DNA of 64,000 bases from an uncultured Acidobacteriota bacterium (GCA_963725075.1 CAVRXA010000026.1:46288-110287), one strand, 5' to 3'; shown: positions 1 through 9,346, counted from the stretch's first letter. Numbers and translations are program-made. The notes: generated by a model from the sequence alone, not told the origin.

Positions 1-222
1 CATCGACCTCTTCGAGTAACCCTGAGCGGAAAGGGAGCCGAGATACCGGCGGGCATGCTGCCGACGCACTGCACCAATCGAGTCCACCCCTTCGTCCCCG
101 CAATAGGCGAAGAACTGGGCCAGGTCGCGCCGGTAGGCCTCGAGGGTGTGTGGTGAGAGCTCTCTCTGATCGCGCATGCGATCGAGGTATCCGTCGACGG
201 GCCCGACTGCCCAATCCGGCAT
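1..222 (-). CDS. xerC: tyrosine recombinase XerC/XerD family, N-terminal fragment (gene runs off the window start)
   Basis: Absent from the ORF track because it has no stop inside the window. My reverse-strand translation from ATG (220-222) reads MPDWAVGPVDGYLDRMRDQRELSPHTLEAYRRDLAQFFAYCGDEGVDSIGAVRRQHARRYLGSLSAQGYSKRSM. This matches the SAM-like N-terminal domain pattern of Xer recombinases. It lies directly downstream of dprA, as in mycobacteria. Confidence 0.7.
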   Translation of the reverse strand, partial: MPDWAVGPVDGYLDRMRDQRELSPHTLEAYRRDLAQFFAYCGDEGVDSIGAVRRQHARRYLGSLSAQGYSKRSM

Positions 223-274
223 CGGAGGGATCTTCACAGACGAGATGCTATTGGCGGAGCGACGCCCGGACCGG

Positions 275-1106
275 TCAACCCGCGCCCGGGAGCACCACAT
301 CGCCCACCCGGCGCGCCTCCCCCGCGATCTCCATTCTGGCGAGACGGGCCAGGGCCTCGGCGGGACTGCAATCCCAGATCGAGGGGAGATCATCGATGAC
401 ATAACCCGTCGCCGGGATGACGCCCGCTGGAGTTGGCGTTTGGTTGGGCGGCCTGCCGAGGATCAGCTCGAGCTCGGCCAGGAGGTCGTCGACTCCGAGG
501 ACCGGGTGAGCACCGTCGCGGATGAGACGGTTGCACCCGACCGAGGCGGATCGGTCGACATCACCGGGGACCACGAGGACCGGACGCCCCATTTCGGCGG
601 CCAGGCGCGCCGTGATCAGTGCCCCGCCCTTCACCCCGGCCTCGACCACCACGACTGCCGAGGAGATAGCGGCGATGATCCGGTTCCGTGCCGGGAAGCG
701 CCAGCGGTCGGGCCTGGTCCCCGGCGGGTACTCGGACATGATCGCCCCGCCGCTCAGACAGGATCGACCGATAGAGATCGGTGTTCTCGACCGGGTAGAC
801 GACATCGACACCCGACCCCAGGACCGCTACGGCGCTGCCCTGGCCCCGGAGGGTCCCGCGATGGGCCGCGGCGTCGATTCCCCTGGCCAGACCGCTCACC
901 GTTGTCCATCCGGCCCGGGAAAGGGCGTGGCCGAAGGCCTCGGCCAGATTGAGGCCATACCGCGTGCACTTCCTCGTGCCCACGACGGCCACGGCTGGGG
1001 CAGTGGTGGTCACGCCGAGGACATAGAGGGGCGGAGGATCCTCCAGATCGTGCAGGCCTACGGGGTAATCCGCACCGTTCGGGGCGATCACCCGCAGGTC
1101 ATTCAT
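275..1106 (-). CDS. dprA: DNA processing protein DprA/Smf, reading frame broken once near 745
   Basis: ORF 561..1373(-) from its internal Met at 1106 gives the N-part (MNDLRVIAPNGADYPVGLHDL...AVVGTRKCTRYG...SGLARGIDAAAHRG...VDVVYPVEN). ORF 275..811(-) gives the C-part (SEYPPGTRPDRWRFPARNRIIAAISSAVVVVEAG...). The frames switch inside the CGGCGGGGCG run near 745. There is an 8-nt start/stop overlap with comM. Confidence 0.8.
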
Positions 1107-2571
1107 CCCGCCACTCGCCGCGGAGGCCGATGGCCTCGGCCATATGGTGCTCCTCGACCTGGTTTGCTCCTTCGAGGTCGGCAATGGTGCGGGCAACACG
1201 ACGGACCCGGTCACCGCCACGGGCGGTGAGCACCGCGTTTCCGACAGCCATGGCCACCAGATGGCGTGCTGCCTTCGATTCCTGCCCATCCCCGGTCTCG
1301 AGATAGCGGTTGATCTGCCCCCGTTGCAACTGAGCGGCACGCGCCTGCTCGACCCGGTGGGCGACAGAGGCACTCGACTCGCCTTTCGGGCCTGAGTATT
1401 CGGTTGCCTCGACCCGGCCCACGCGCACGATCAGGTCGAACCGGTCGATCAGTGGGCCGGAGATCCGGGACCGATACCGCCCCAGGATGGCCGGACGACA
1501 GTCGCACGGCCGGCGGCCGTCGCCGAAATACCCGCAGGGACACGGGTTGGTCGCTGCCAGGAGCTGAAACGAGGCCGGGAAATCGAGGGAGGAGCCCCGG
1601 CGGGCGACGGACACGACGCCTTCCTCCAGCGGCTGGCGGAGCGTGTCGAGATGACTGCGTGGAAATTCGGCCAGCTCGTCCAGAAAGAGAACTCCCCGTG
1701 GGCGAGGGAGACCTCACCGGGGACCGGGTTACCGCTGCCACCGCCGACGAGGGCCGCCTTGGAGGCGGTGTGATGAGGAGCTACGAAAGGGTGGAGTGAC
1801 CACCAGGCCCCGGCGCCGGCCCGCCGCGGCCCAGAGCATCGCCGTCTCCACAGCCTCTGCGATCTCGAGTGGTGGGAGGATGCCGATGATCCTCCGGGCC
1901 AGCATGGTCTTGCCCGACCCCGGTGGGCCATGCATGAGCAGATGGTGGCCGCCTGCTGCCGCCACCTCGAGTGCCCGTCTCGCCATCGGCTGGCCCCTGA
2001 TATCAGCGAGGTCTGGTGGCTGCTCCCCGACCATGGGGGCACCGGGTCGCGCCGGCTCGACGCTTCCCAGACCCTGCCGTAGAAGATCGACCGCCTCCGC
2101 CAGGCTGGCCACGCCATACGCCGAGGCCCCTGGGATGGATGCCGCCTCACCGACAACGGCCGCGGCGACGAGACACGGCACGTTCTGCCTGGCGCTCAGC
2201 ACCCCGGCACCGAAGGCGTGGGATCCCGGTCTGACCGCGCCGTCGAGCGCGAGCTCGCCGACTACCACGGCGTCGCGAAGCGGCGGGATCTCCTTGCTGG
2301 CTGCGAGGATGCCCAGGGCGATCGGGAGGTCGTAGTCCGTCCCTCCCTTGGGGAGGTCGGCAGGTGCGAGGTTCACCGTGACCGTCCTGTTGGGAAAACG
2401 GATCCCGGCCGAGGCAACCGCCGCCCGAACCCGGTCTTTTGCCTCTCGAACGGCGGCGTCGGGGAGACCGGAGAGCTTGAAGGCCTCGCTCTGACGTCCG
2501 ACATGGGCCTCGACGCGGACAGGTCGCGCCTCTCCCCCGACGAGGGCCACCGAAATGGCTGCCGCGTACAT
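1099..2571 (-). pseudogene. comM: Mg-chelatase-like AAA+ protein ComM/YifB, frame broken twice (about 1694-1697 and 1789-1791)
   Basis: Three ORF-track pieces join into one ComM. 1729..2571(-) carries the Lon-like N-domain and Walker A (HGPPGSGKTM). 1449..2156(-) contributes PFVAPHHTASKAALVGGGSGNPVPGEVSLAHG. 1099..1614(-) contributes SVARRGSSLDFPASFQLLAATNPCPCGY...RISGPLIDRFDL. One break fits a missing G in a G run and the other an extra C in a C run. Confidence 0.8.
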
Positions 2572-2681
2572 GGCTCGAACGTACGAGAGGCCCGAGGTCG
2601 TTGGAAGGGGTGCGTGCCAAAGGTGCGCGACTAACTGTTAGGTCAGGTTTACCGTCTTCCCGGCACGTTCGTGCGATCGTC

Positions 2682-3683
2682 ATGACTCACAACCCGACTA
2701 TCAAGACGCCTGCCCGCGGTGCGCCGCCGAAAACTCGTCGTCGTCGCTACAGCTCAGGGCAGCGGTGGACCATCCGGATCCTGGTCTTACTGGTGCTGGC
2801 CGCCGCCACCTTGGTCGCACTGACCTTCCTGGCCGACTTTCAGATGGAAGACGCCGGGCCGATGCCCTCGCTCGCAGCCGGGGACGGGGTTTATCTCATC
2901 GTGGGCAGCGACAGCCGGGAGAACCTCCCCGACGACCTGGAAGGGAGCTTCGGTGACTTCGCCGGCGCCCGCGCCGACGTCATCATCCTGGCCCAGGTGG
3001 TGGATGGGCGGACGCAGCTTTTGTCGATACCCCGCGACCTCAGGGTCGAGATACCTGGCGAGGGAGTGAACAAGATCAACGCGGCCTACGCCTTCGGTGG
3101 CCCCGATCTCCTCGTGGACACAGTCGCCAACGCCACCGGGGTTCGGCCCAATCACTATCTCGAAGTGGAGTTCGGCGGATTTGCCGGGATCGTCGACGCA
3201 CTCGGCGGCATCGAGCTCGACATCCCCTACCCGGCGCGGGACGCCAAGTCAGGATTGGACATCGGAGCCGGCGTCCAAACGGTCGATGGCGCCACCGCTC
3301 TGGCGTATGCCCGTTCGCGCAGTTACGAGGAACAGATAGATGGGGAATGGGTAGCTCAGGGAGGTGGCGATGTCGCTCGTGCCGCCCGGCAGCGCGAGGT
3401 CCTGACCAAGATCATGGCTGCTTCGTCGTCACCTTCAGGTCTGGTCCGCAGTCCTCTCGTCGTGACCGCGGTTGGCTCTCATCTCACCGCCGACTCCGGC
3501 CTGACCGTCTTCGATCTGGCGAGGACCGGATGGGGGATGCGCTCTGCCGGTGTCACCGAATCAATGACCCTCCCCGTCGTCGGCGCAGAAGAGGGCGGCG
3601 TCTCTTACCTGGTGCGATCCGAGCCGGCGGCCACCGAGGTGTTCAACGCCTTCGCCGCCGGTCAGCCACTCCCCGCTCAGTAG
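2682..3683 (+). CDS. LytR-CpsA-Psr (LCP) family cell-envelope phosphotransferase
   Basis: ORF 2601..3683, with the likely start at ATG 2682 (MTHNPT...). It has a basic N-terminus, one TM helix, then LIVGSDSR...RADVIILAQV...LLSIPRDL...KINAAYAFGG...VDGATALAYARSR, which are typical LCP motifs. Confidence 0.8.
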   Translation: MTHNPTIKTPARGAPPKTRRRRYSSGQRWTIRILVLLVLAAATLVALTFLADFQMEDAGPMPSLAAGDGVYLIVGSDSRENLPDDLEGSFGDFAGARADVIILAQVVDGRTQLLSIPRDLRVEIPGEGVNKINAAYAFGGPDLLVDTVANATGVRPNHYLEVEFGGFAGIVDALGGIELDIPYPARDAKSGLDIGAGVQTVDGATALAYARSRSYEEQIDGEWVAQGGGDVARAARQREVLTKIMAASSSPSGLVRSPLVVTAVGSHLTADSGLTVFDLARTGWGMRSAGVTESMTLPVVGAEEGGVSYLVRSEPAATEVFNAFAAGQPLPAQ

Positions 3684-3869
3684 GTTTCGCCATCGGGGCG
3701 GGCTCCACGTCCCGGGAACGTGGTGCTCGCCTGGCAACCCCCCGGTTGCTCTGATCTCTTCAGTGCCCGCTTCGATGTCGTTCGGTCACCTGAAAAGATC
3801 CTGTTACCGGACGGGCGTACCGGGCACAAGGATCGGTGATGAAGACCGGCACACGGACATCGGACGGCA

Positions 3870-4422
3870 ATGACCGACGACGAAGCGCGATTCGTCGACA
3901 TCTACCGTCGGTTCGGCAAGCCGATCCAGGCTTACTGCGCTCGGCGAACGTCGGGTTCCCAGGTGGCGGATGCCGTGGCGGACACATTTCTCGTCGCCTG
4001 GCGACGTATCGACGAGGTCCCAGACCGGGGAGGCAACACTGCCCTGGCTCTACGGAGTCGCCTACAAGGTCCTGTCCCATCAGTGGCGGCACCGGGCTCG
4101 GAGTCGGCGTCTGGTCGAGAAGCTTCGCGGCCTGGCGGATGTGGAGGCACTCGGCGCCGGACGTGCTCTTGGTGCAGGAGCGAGGAGCATCGGGTAGTGC
4201 TCGCAGCCTCGGAGCACCTGAAGTCAGATCGACCAGGAGATTCTCCGCCTCACCCTCTGGGAGGAGCTGCTCACATGCCGACGTGGCTGTGGTGCTGGGC
4301 ATCGAAGCCACCGCGGTCAAGTCAGCGCGCCTATCGCGCCCGTAAGAACCTGGCCGACGAATACCAGCAAGCTGACTGGAGATCGCCAACCCCCCGCTGC
4401 TCGGAAAGGAGGTGGCTCGTGA
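3870..4422 (+). pseudogene. ECF (group 4 sigma-70) sigma factor, paralogue A, multiply frameshifted
   Basis: Region 2 (FVDIYRRFGKPIQAYCARR...DTFLVAWRRIDEV) is in frame 3870. EATLPWLYGVAYKVLSHQWRH is in frame 3970. Region 4 is split over three frames (DQEILRLTLWEEL / SHADVAVVLGIEATAVK / QRAYRARKNLADEY). It aligns with the intact paralogues at 27054 and 28621. I count at least 6 frame changes. Confidence 0.65.
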
Positions 4423-5234
4423 TCACCGAAGACCAGGTCGTATGCCATGTTCGCCGAACGCGAACCCGGTGCCGTCCTTGGACCTGCTCGACCCGGTCGA
4501 GCCGGCTGGATCCAGGGCACCTCGAGGACCGATCCGAGAGGAGCAGGGACAGTGACCGAAGTCGAAGACGATCGAGAGCACGATAAGGAGGAACGCCGAC
4601 GGCGGCCACGAGTTGCGCTCGGTGCCGGCCGTGGCGCTGTGATCGCGGTCATAGGCCTGGGAATCCTGGTCATACAGGGAACGCGGGCTGCAGATGCGAC
4701 ATCGCCCGCATCGAATCGGCGACCGCGTTCATGAGTCGCCGTCGCCGATCATGATGGGGCAGGCGTTGCGGAGCTCCTCGCTGCGACCGGCAGCCGTCAT
4801 AGGCGGCTCTCTCTCCACTGAGCGACCTTCCTCTCGGCTCTCGACCTCGACCGAGCAACCGGCTGTGGACATGACGAACCAAGGGTGCGAAGAGGCATCA
4901 GACTGACCCGGACGGAACCCTGGTCGATTGCCCGTTCTCCTTCGAGAACGACTGGACCCGGGCGCTCGTCGGATTCGTGCCAGGGCACAGTGATCTATCG
5001 CGATCCTGGTCGACGACGGACAAGTCCAGTCTGTCGACGCGGCAACTGCTGTGGGCGACTCGCGGGGTTGTCGAGGATCCGTGGATCACCTTCCGCAACT
5101 GGGTCGAGGAGAACCATCCGGATGACATCGCGATGATGTACAACGTCAGGAGGCGAGTGCGCACCTCAACCCGGAGTCGATTGCACTCTTCGAGCAATAC
5201 ACCGACGAGTTCGTCAGCCGATACGGAAGGCTGA
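4419..5234 (+). pseudogene. membrane-anchored anti-sigma-like partner of sigma paralogue A, multiply frameshifted
   Basis: GTGA overlap with the sigma stop (4419-4422). The N-terminus ITEDQVV parallels MTHDQI of the partners at 27611 and 29178. There is one TM segment (VALGAGRGAVIAVIGLGILVI). Downstream, protein-like pieces occur in all three frames, e.g. DIARIESATAFMS/AVADHDGAGVAELLAAT and DPWITFRNWVEENHPDDIAMMYN/AHLNPESIALFEQYTDEFVSRYG. Confidence 0.45.
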
Positions 5235-5241
5235 GCGAGTC

Positions 5242-5276
5242 GGGTCGGGCACGTAGCATCTGCACGTGCCCGACCC
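5242..5276 (+). terminator. perfect 13-bp-stem hairpin (GGGTCGGGCACGT-N9-ACGTGCCCGACCC) followed by GTTTC
   Basis: Read directly: arms at 5242-5254 and 5264-5276. It lies at the end of the degraded anti-sigma locus. The 3' arm contains the GTG start (5266) of the next gene. Confidence 0.4.
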
Positions 5277-5709
5277 GTTTCTCGACGCCGCCATCGACGA
5301 GGCCGGGCTCGGTCTGGCCGAAGGCGGGATCCCGATCGGGTCGGTGCTGGTGCTCGACGACCGGATCGTGGGCCGGGGTCACAACCGGCGGGTGCAGAAG
5401 GGAAGCCCCATCCTCCACGGTGAGATGGATGCCCTGGAGAATGCCGGTCGTCTCGTCGCTTCCGAGTACCGGCGGTCGGTGATCTACACCACTCTCTCGC
5501 CCTGTCATATGTGCAGCGGGGCGATCCTGCTCTACGGCATCCCGAAGGTGGTGATCGGTGAGAACCGGACCTTTCTCGGCGCCGAGGACCTGCTCCGGAC
5601 CAATGGGGTGGACGTGGTCGTGGTCGACGATCAACGATGCGTCGAAATGATGACCGGGTTCATCGAAGCTCGGCCTGATCTGTGGAACGAGGACATCGGG
5701 GAGACTTAG
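5266..5709 (+). CDS. cytosine deaminase, yeast FCY1-type (CMP/dCMP deaminase zinc-binding fold)
   Basis: The 147-aa product aligns along its length with my recollection of S. cerevisiae Fcy1. Shared blocks: EGGIPIGSVLV, GRGHNRRVQKGSPILHGEMDALENAGRL, LYTTLSPCHMCSGAILLYGIPKVVIGEN, VVVVDDQRC and F-ARPDLWNEDIGE. Confidence 0.8.
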   Translation: MPDPFLDAAIDEAGLGLAEGGIPIGSVLVLDDRIVGRGHNRRVQKGSPILHGEMDALENAGRLVASEYRRSVIYTTLSPCHMCSGAILLYGIPKVVIGENRTFLGAEDLLRTNGVDVVVVDDQRCVEMMTGFIEARPDLWNEDIGET

Positions 5710-5761
5710 GGGCGGAGGCCGGGGCGGTTGCCGTTGCACCCGACCGTCAGTGACCGCGTGA

Positions 5762-5879
5762 GCGCTGCACAGCGTTGTTCTCAGTTGCGCGTAATGCAGC
5801 GCAGACCAGGGACGGGCCGGACGCTGTCAACCGCGCTGCATAGCGTTGACTTGAGGTCGCGCCGATGCAGCGCAGACCA
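5762..5879. repeat. two tandem ~71-bp units, each carrying the inverted repeat GCGCTGCA...TGCAGCGC followed by AGACCA
   Basis: GCGCTGCA at 5762-5769 and 5833-5840. TGCAGCGCAGACCA at 5795-5808 and 5866-5879. The period is exactly 71 bp. It sits in the 212-bp gap between two convergent genes. Confidence 0.6.
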
Positions 5880-5921
5880 TGCCTCCGTCTTGCATCCATC
5901 CGGGGCGGAGGAATCGAGGCC

Positions 5922-6719
5922 CTATCTCCCCTTCCATTCCGGGTCCCGCTTCTCGAGAAAGGCGAGCAAGCCCTCGGCTGCATCTTCGGTGCCCAGGGCT
6001 ACAGACTGAGCCTCGCCCTCCCAGGACAGGGCATCGGCGAGCCCGATCTGGAAGCTGGCGTTCAAGGTCTGCTTGGCGAACATCTGGGCCACGGGCGCCC
6101 CGGCCAGGAAGCCATCGGCGATCTCGCTGACCCGATGTTCGAGGGCATCGACCGGGACGACCTCGGTGACCAGCCCGATCCGCTGCGCCTCCTCGGCCTC
6201 CACGATCCTCCCGGACAACGCCAGGTCCTTGGCCCGTTGCATGCCGACGATCCGTGGCAACAGCCAGGACCCACCGAAGTCCACTGTGAGCCCTCTCCTC
6301 ACGAAGATCTCGGAGAATCGGGCCCGCTCGGTGGCGACCACAACGTCACATCCCAGGGCGAGGTTCAGGCCCGCCCCGACTGCAACCCCATCGACGGCTG
6401 CGATGGCGGGCTTGGTCAACCGGTGGAGGGCCATGGCGGCGGCGGCCACTTCCTTCATCCGTGAGTGACGATCCTCGACGGACTGGAGCCGATCCACCCT
6501 CGATGGGTCCAGGTCGGCGCCGGCACAGAACTCCCCGCCGGCGCCGGTGACGACGAGCACACGCTGTCCCGAGGCCTCGAAATCGTCGAACGCGGTCCGC
6601 AGCTCTGGCCAGCCGTCGAACGGAATGGCGTTCTTACGATCGGGACGGTCGATCGTGAGCCAGCGCACCAGCCCGCGATCGTCGGCGTGCAACCAGCTCA
6701 CCACGATGACGGTAGACAC
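5922..6719 (-). CDS. enoyl-CoA hydratase/isomerase (crotonase) family protein
   Basis: 265 aa with crotonase hallmarks: RPDRKNA, GAGGEFCAGADL, KPAIAAVDGVAVGAGLNLALGCD and FLEKRDPEWKG. Confidence 0.85.
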   Translation of the reverse strand: MSTVIVVSWLHADDRGLVRWLTIDRPDRKNAIPFDGWPELRTAFDDFEASGQRVLVVTGAGGEFCAGADLDPSRVDRLQSVEDRHSRMKEVAAAAMALHRLTKPAIAAVDGVAVGAGLNLALGCDVVVATERARFSEIFVRRGLTVDFGGSWLLPRIVGMQRAKDLALSGRIVEAEEAQRIGLVTEVVPVDALEHRVSEIADGFLAGAPVAQMFAKQTLNASFQIGLADALSWEGEAQSVALGTEDAAEGLLAFLEKRDPEWKGR

Positions 6720-6745
6720 TGCGGGGCGTGGTTACCGTTCCAGGC

Positions 6746-6859
6746 ATGGGGTTCAACCCGTTTCGCGATCACGAAAAGAGCACCGCCGACATCGTCGCGG
6801 TGGTGGTGGCGTTCGCGGCGATATTCGCGGTCCTGGCGTGGGCGATCTTCTCGGGGTGA
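6746..6859 (+). CDS. 37-aa single-TM mini-protein (hypothetical)
   Basis: My translation is MGFNPFRDHEKSTADIVAVVVAFAAIFAVLAWAIFSG. Its TGA overlaps the GTG of the next ORF (GTGA at 6856-6859). It is too short for the ORF track. Confidence 0.3.
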   Translation: MGFNPFRDHEKSTADIVAVVVAFAAIFAVLAWAIFSG

Positions 6860-7053
6860 CCGTCTCCCCGGTGCAGCCCTACGCCGCCCGCAAGGAGTAC
6901 ATCTGCCCAGGCTGCTCGACGATCATCCCACCCGGCACCTTCCATCTGGTGGTCGTGCCCGACCACGAACCCGACCTACGTCGGCACTGGCATCACGGGT
7001 GCTGGCACAAGGAGATGCGTCGACGGTTTGGAGCTCAGGCGTCGCGGCGGTGA
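6856..7053 (+). CDS. small CxxC...HxxC zinc-ribbon-like protein (conserved hypothetical)
   Basis: This is the C-terminal 65 codons of ORF 6547..7053, starting at GTG 6856: VTVSPVQPYAARKEYICPGCSTIIPPGTFHLVVVPDHEPDLRRHWHHGCWHK. The upstream part of that ORF is antisense to the crotonase gene and Arg/Ser-rich. Confidence 0.5.
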   Translation: MTVSPVQPYAARKEYICPGCSTIIPPGTFHLVVVPDHEPDLRRHWHHGCWHKEMRRRFGAQASRR

Positions 7054-7799
7054 AGACCCCACCAGGTGAGAAACAGGCCGAGAGCGGTCCAGCCCAGCAT
7101 GATGGCCACCGCGTGGGGCAGGGATAGACCAGTCCCGGGAACGAACGCACCGAACCCACCTCCGATGTCGATCTGGAACAAGGCGTTCGTGGCCGCCGAG
7201 AGGGACACGTTCTCCCACGGGCCCCAGAGACCGAGGATCGGGTCGATGAAGTAGAGGGCGAGGGCGGCGCCGATCGCAGGCCCGACCGATCGCATCAGGG
7301 CCACCGCTCCCAGGCCAATCGCGGTCCACGCCAGCTCGATCAGCCCGACTTTCCACACCAGGCCAAGCCACTCCTCGACCCCGGGGCCGCCCTCTCCCGG
7401 CACCGCGATCGCGGTCACGATCGACCACCCGGCGATGCCGGCGCCAATCGCCAGCAGCGAAGCGACCGCCAGCACCACGAAGCGGGCCGATATCTGGCTG
7501 ACCCGACGCGGATCCCTGGTCAAGGCCGTGGCCCACACCGTGCTCCCGAATTCGCTCCCCAACATGACCACCGCCAGGATCAGGGGAAACCAGGTCTGCC
7601 CTGCCACCTGTTGGGCGCCGAAGACGTAGGCCACGGGCTTCTGCAGGATCGGCACTCCCTCGGCCAGCTCGGGTGCGATCCGAGCGAAGATCAATAGGAA
7701 AAAGGCAAGCAACCCGACCAGGGCTGCCAGGATGATCACCATCATGTAGTAGAGCCGCCGACGGCTCAGCTTCAGATATTCGGCATGAAGGAGGCTCAC
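7035..7799 (-). CDS. ABC-2 type transporter permease
   Basis: 254 aa and polytopic hydrophobic. It begins MSLLHAEYLKLSRRR, as ABC-2 permeases do. There is a 4-nt overlap with the upstream ATPase gene. Confidence 0.75.
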   Translation of the reverse strand: MSLLHAEYLKLSRRRLYYMMVIILAALVGLLAFFLLIFARIAPELAEGVPILQKPVAYVFGAQQVAGQTWFPLILAVVMLGSEFGSTVWATALTRDPRRVSQISARFVVLAVASLLAIGAGIAGWSIVTAIAVPGEGGPGVEEWLGLVWKVGLIELAWTAIGLGAVALMRSVGPAIGAALALYFIDPILGLWGPWENVSLSAATNALFQIDIGGGFGAFVPGTGLSLPHAVAIMLGWTALGLFLTWWGLHRRDA

Positions 7800-8695
7800 C
7801 GATCCACCTCGCCAGTCATGCCGAGGAACACGGACTCCAGCGTGGACCGAGCCGGCCTTACCTCCTTGGGATAGATGCCGGCTTCGGCCAGCACCCTGAC
7901 CACCCGGCTTCCGTCGTTCTCCTCGACCATCAGCCCACTGCCGTCCTGCCTGACGCCGATGCCCGCTGCTGAGAGGGCGGCCACCGCAGCAGCCGTTCCG
8001 TCGGTGACAACCCGGGTGGCGCCACCGGAGAGCATCTCCTCCAGAGGTCCTTCGGTGATCAGCTTCCCGTGGTTCAGGACCACCACGTAATCGGCCAGGG
8101 CCTCGATGTCCGCCAGGTCATGGCTCGAGACGACAACCGTCTGGCCGCTGTCGGCAATCTCACGGAGACGTGCCCGGAAGGCCATCTGCCCGGCAGGGTC
8201 GAGACCGTCGAGGGGCTCGTCGAGAAGCAGGAGCTGGGGATCTCCGATCAGCGCCGCGCCCAGGGCGAGACGCTGCCGCATCCCCTTCGAGTACTGGTCG
8301 ATCTTTCGTCCGGCGTCGGCCTGCAGGCCGACGAATTCGAGCATCTCATCGATACGGTCATGGCCGAAGCCGAGCTGGTCGGCCGCCACCTGGAGGTTGA
8401 CCCGCCCGGTGAGCGCCCTGATCAGCCCCGGCTCTTCGATGATGGCCCCGATCTTCTTGGTCACCTCGACCAGGCCACGTGGGATCTCCTGACCCAGGAC
8501 GAGGATGCTCCCGGCGTCGGTCCTCGTAAGACCGAGGAGCGAGCGGAAGAGGGTCGTCTTGCCCGCCCCGTTGGGGCCGAGCAACCCGGTTATCGCGCCG
8601 GAGGGGACAACACAATCAAAACCATCGAGCGCGGTGGTCGACTTGTAACGCTTGACCAGGCCCTCGATCTTGATCGCAGGATCGGCGAGATTCAC
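7796..8695 (-). CDS. ABC transporter ATP-binding protein
   Basis: Walker [10 protein letters not shown], signature YSKGMRQRL and Walker B LLLLDEP. Confidence 0.9.
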   Translation of the reverse strand: MNLADPAIKIEGLVKRYKSTTALDGFDCVVPSGAITGLLGPNGAGKTTLFRSLLGLTRTDAGSILVLGQEIPRGLVEVTKKIGAIIEEPGLIRALTGRVNLQVAADQLGFGHDRIDEMLEFVGLQADAGRKIDQYSKGMRQRLALGAALIGDPQLLLLDEPLDGLDPAGQMAFRARLREIADSGQTVVVSSHDLADIEALADYVVVLNHGKLITEGPLEEMLSGGATRVVTDGTAAAVAALSAAGIGVRQDGSGLMVEENDGSRVVRVLAEAGIYPKEVRPARSTLESVFLGMTGEVDR

Positions 8696-8728
8696 GTGGC
8701 GGGGAGATCAAGCGACATGGCCGGGCAG

Positions 8729-9035
8729 TCAACCACAGCCTGGCACCCAGTGAATCACCACGTCATCGGACCCGATCCGGACACCGAGGAAGTCGACGCG
8801 AGAAGCACCTGCCGCCGCCGCCAGACGTGTGACGTGCCTTCGCTTCCCGGGACCTATGGCATCGATGGGGTCTCGATTGGCAGTGATGGTCCTCACCTCG
8901 ACGACAACGCGTCGTCGCCCATCCAGGGCGAGGAGGTCGAGCTCACCGCGACCGACTCTCCACGTTGCGGCCCACGACATTGAGCCCATGGCTGGTGAGG
9001 AACCTGGCGGCGATCCGCTCGCCCATCTCCCCCAC
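8729..9035 (-). CDS. yraN: YraN/UPF0102 family protein, frame broken near 8963
   Basis: 8943..9158(-) supplies GEMGERIAARFLTSHGLNVVGRN. 8729..8989(-) supplies WRVGRGELDLLALDGRRRVVVEVRT...IHWVPG. Removing one G from AACGTGGAG restores RNWRVGRGELD. The start was chosen at GTG 9035; ATG 9026 is also possible. Confidence 0.65.
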
Positions 9036-9049
9036 GACGGCCCGATCGG

Positions 9050-9346
9050 TCAGATCGAGATCTCTTGCCTCTCCAGCTCTTCGACGTTCACGTCGCGGAA
9101 CGTCATGACCTTTACGTGTTCCAGGAACCGGGCCGGTCGGAACATGTCCCATACCCATGCGTCCTTCATCTCGACCTCGAAGAAGACCGATCCGTTGGCC
9201 TCACGCACCTGGAGATCGACATGATTGGCCAGGTAGAAACGGCGCTCTGTCTCCACGACATACCGGAACATCGGAAGGACGTCGTGGTACTCCTTGTAGA
9301 TCTTGAGCTCAACCTCGGATTCGTACCGCTCCAGGTCTTCTTCCAT
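9050..9346 (-). CDS. DUF2469 family protein (Rv2901c-like)
   Basis: 98 aa, MEEDLERYESEVELKIYKEYHDVLPMFRYVVETERRFYLAN.... It occupies the conserved actinobacterial position between yraN and lepB. The family name is recalled from memory. Confidence 0.7.
   Translation of the reverse strand: MEEDLERYESEVELKIYKEYHDVLPMFRYVVETERRFYLANHVDLQVREANGSVFFEVEMKDAWVWDMFRPARFLEHVKVMTFRDVNVEELERQEISI

Noticed and set aside
2631-2641. Palindrome CTAACTGTTAG in the comM / LCP divergent gap as an operator
   Set aside because: It is a single short 5+5 dyad with no second copy in the window and no adjacent regulator gene, so it is not distinguishable from chance.
5728-6009. 93-aa ORF spanning the 71-bp repeats
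   Set aside because: It has an Arg/Ser-rich composition, overlaps the 3' end of the crotonase gene on the other strand, and its sequence periodicity comes from the DNA repeat itself.
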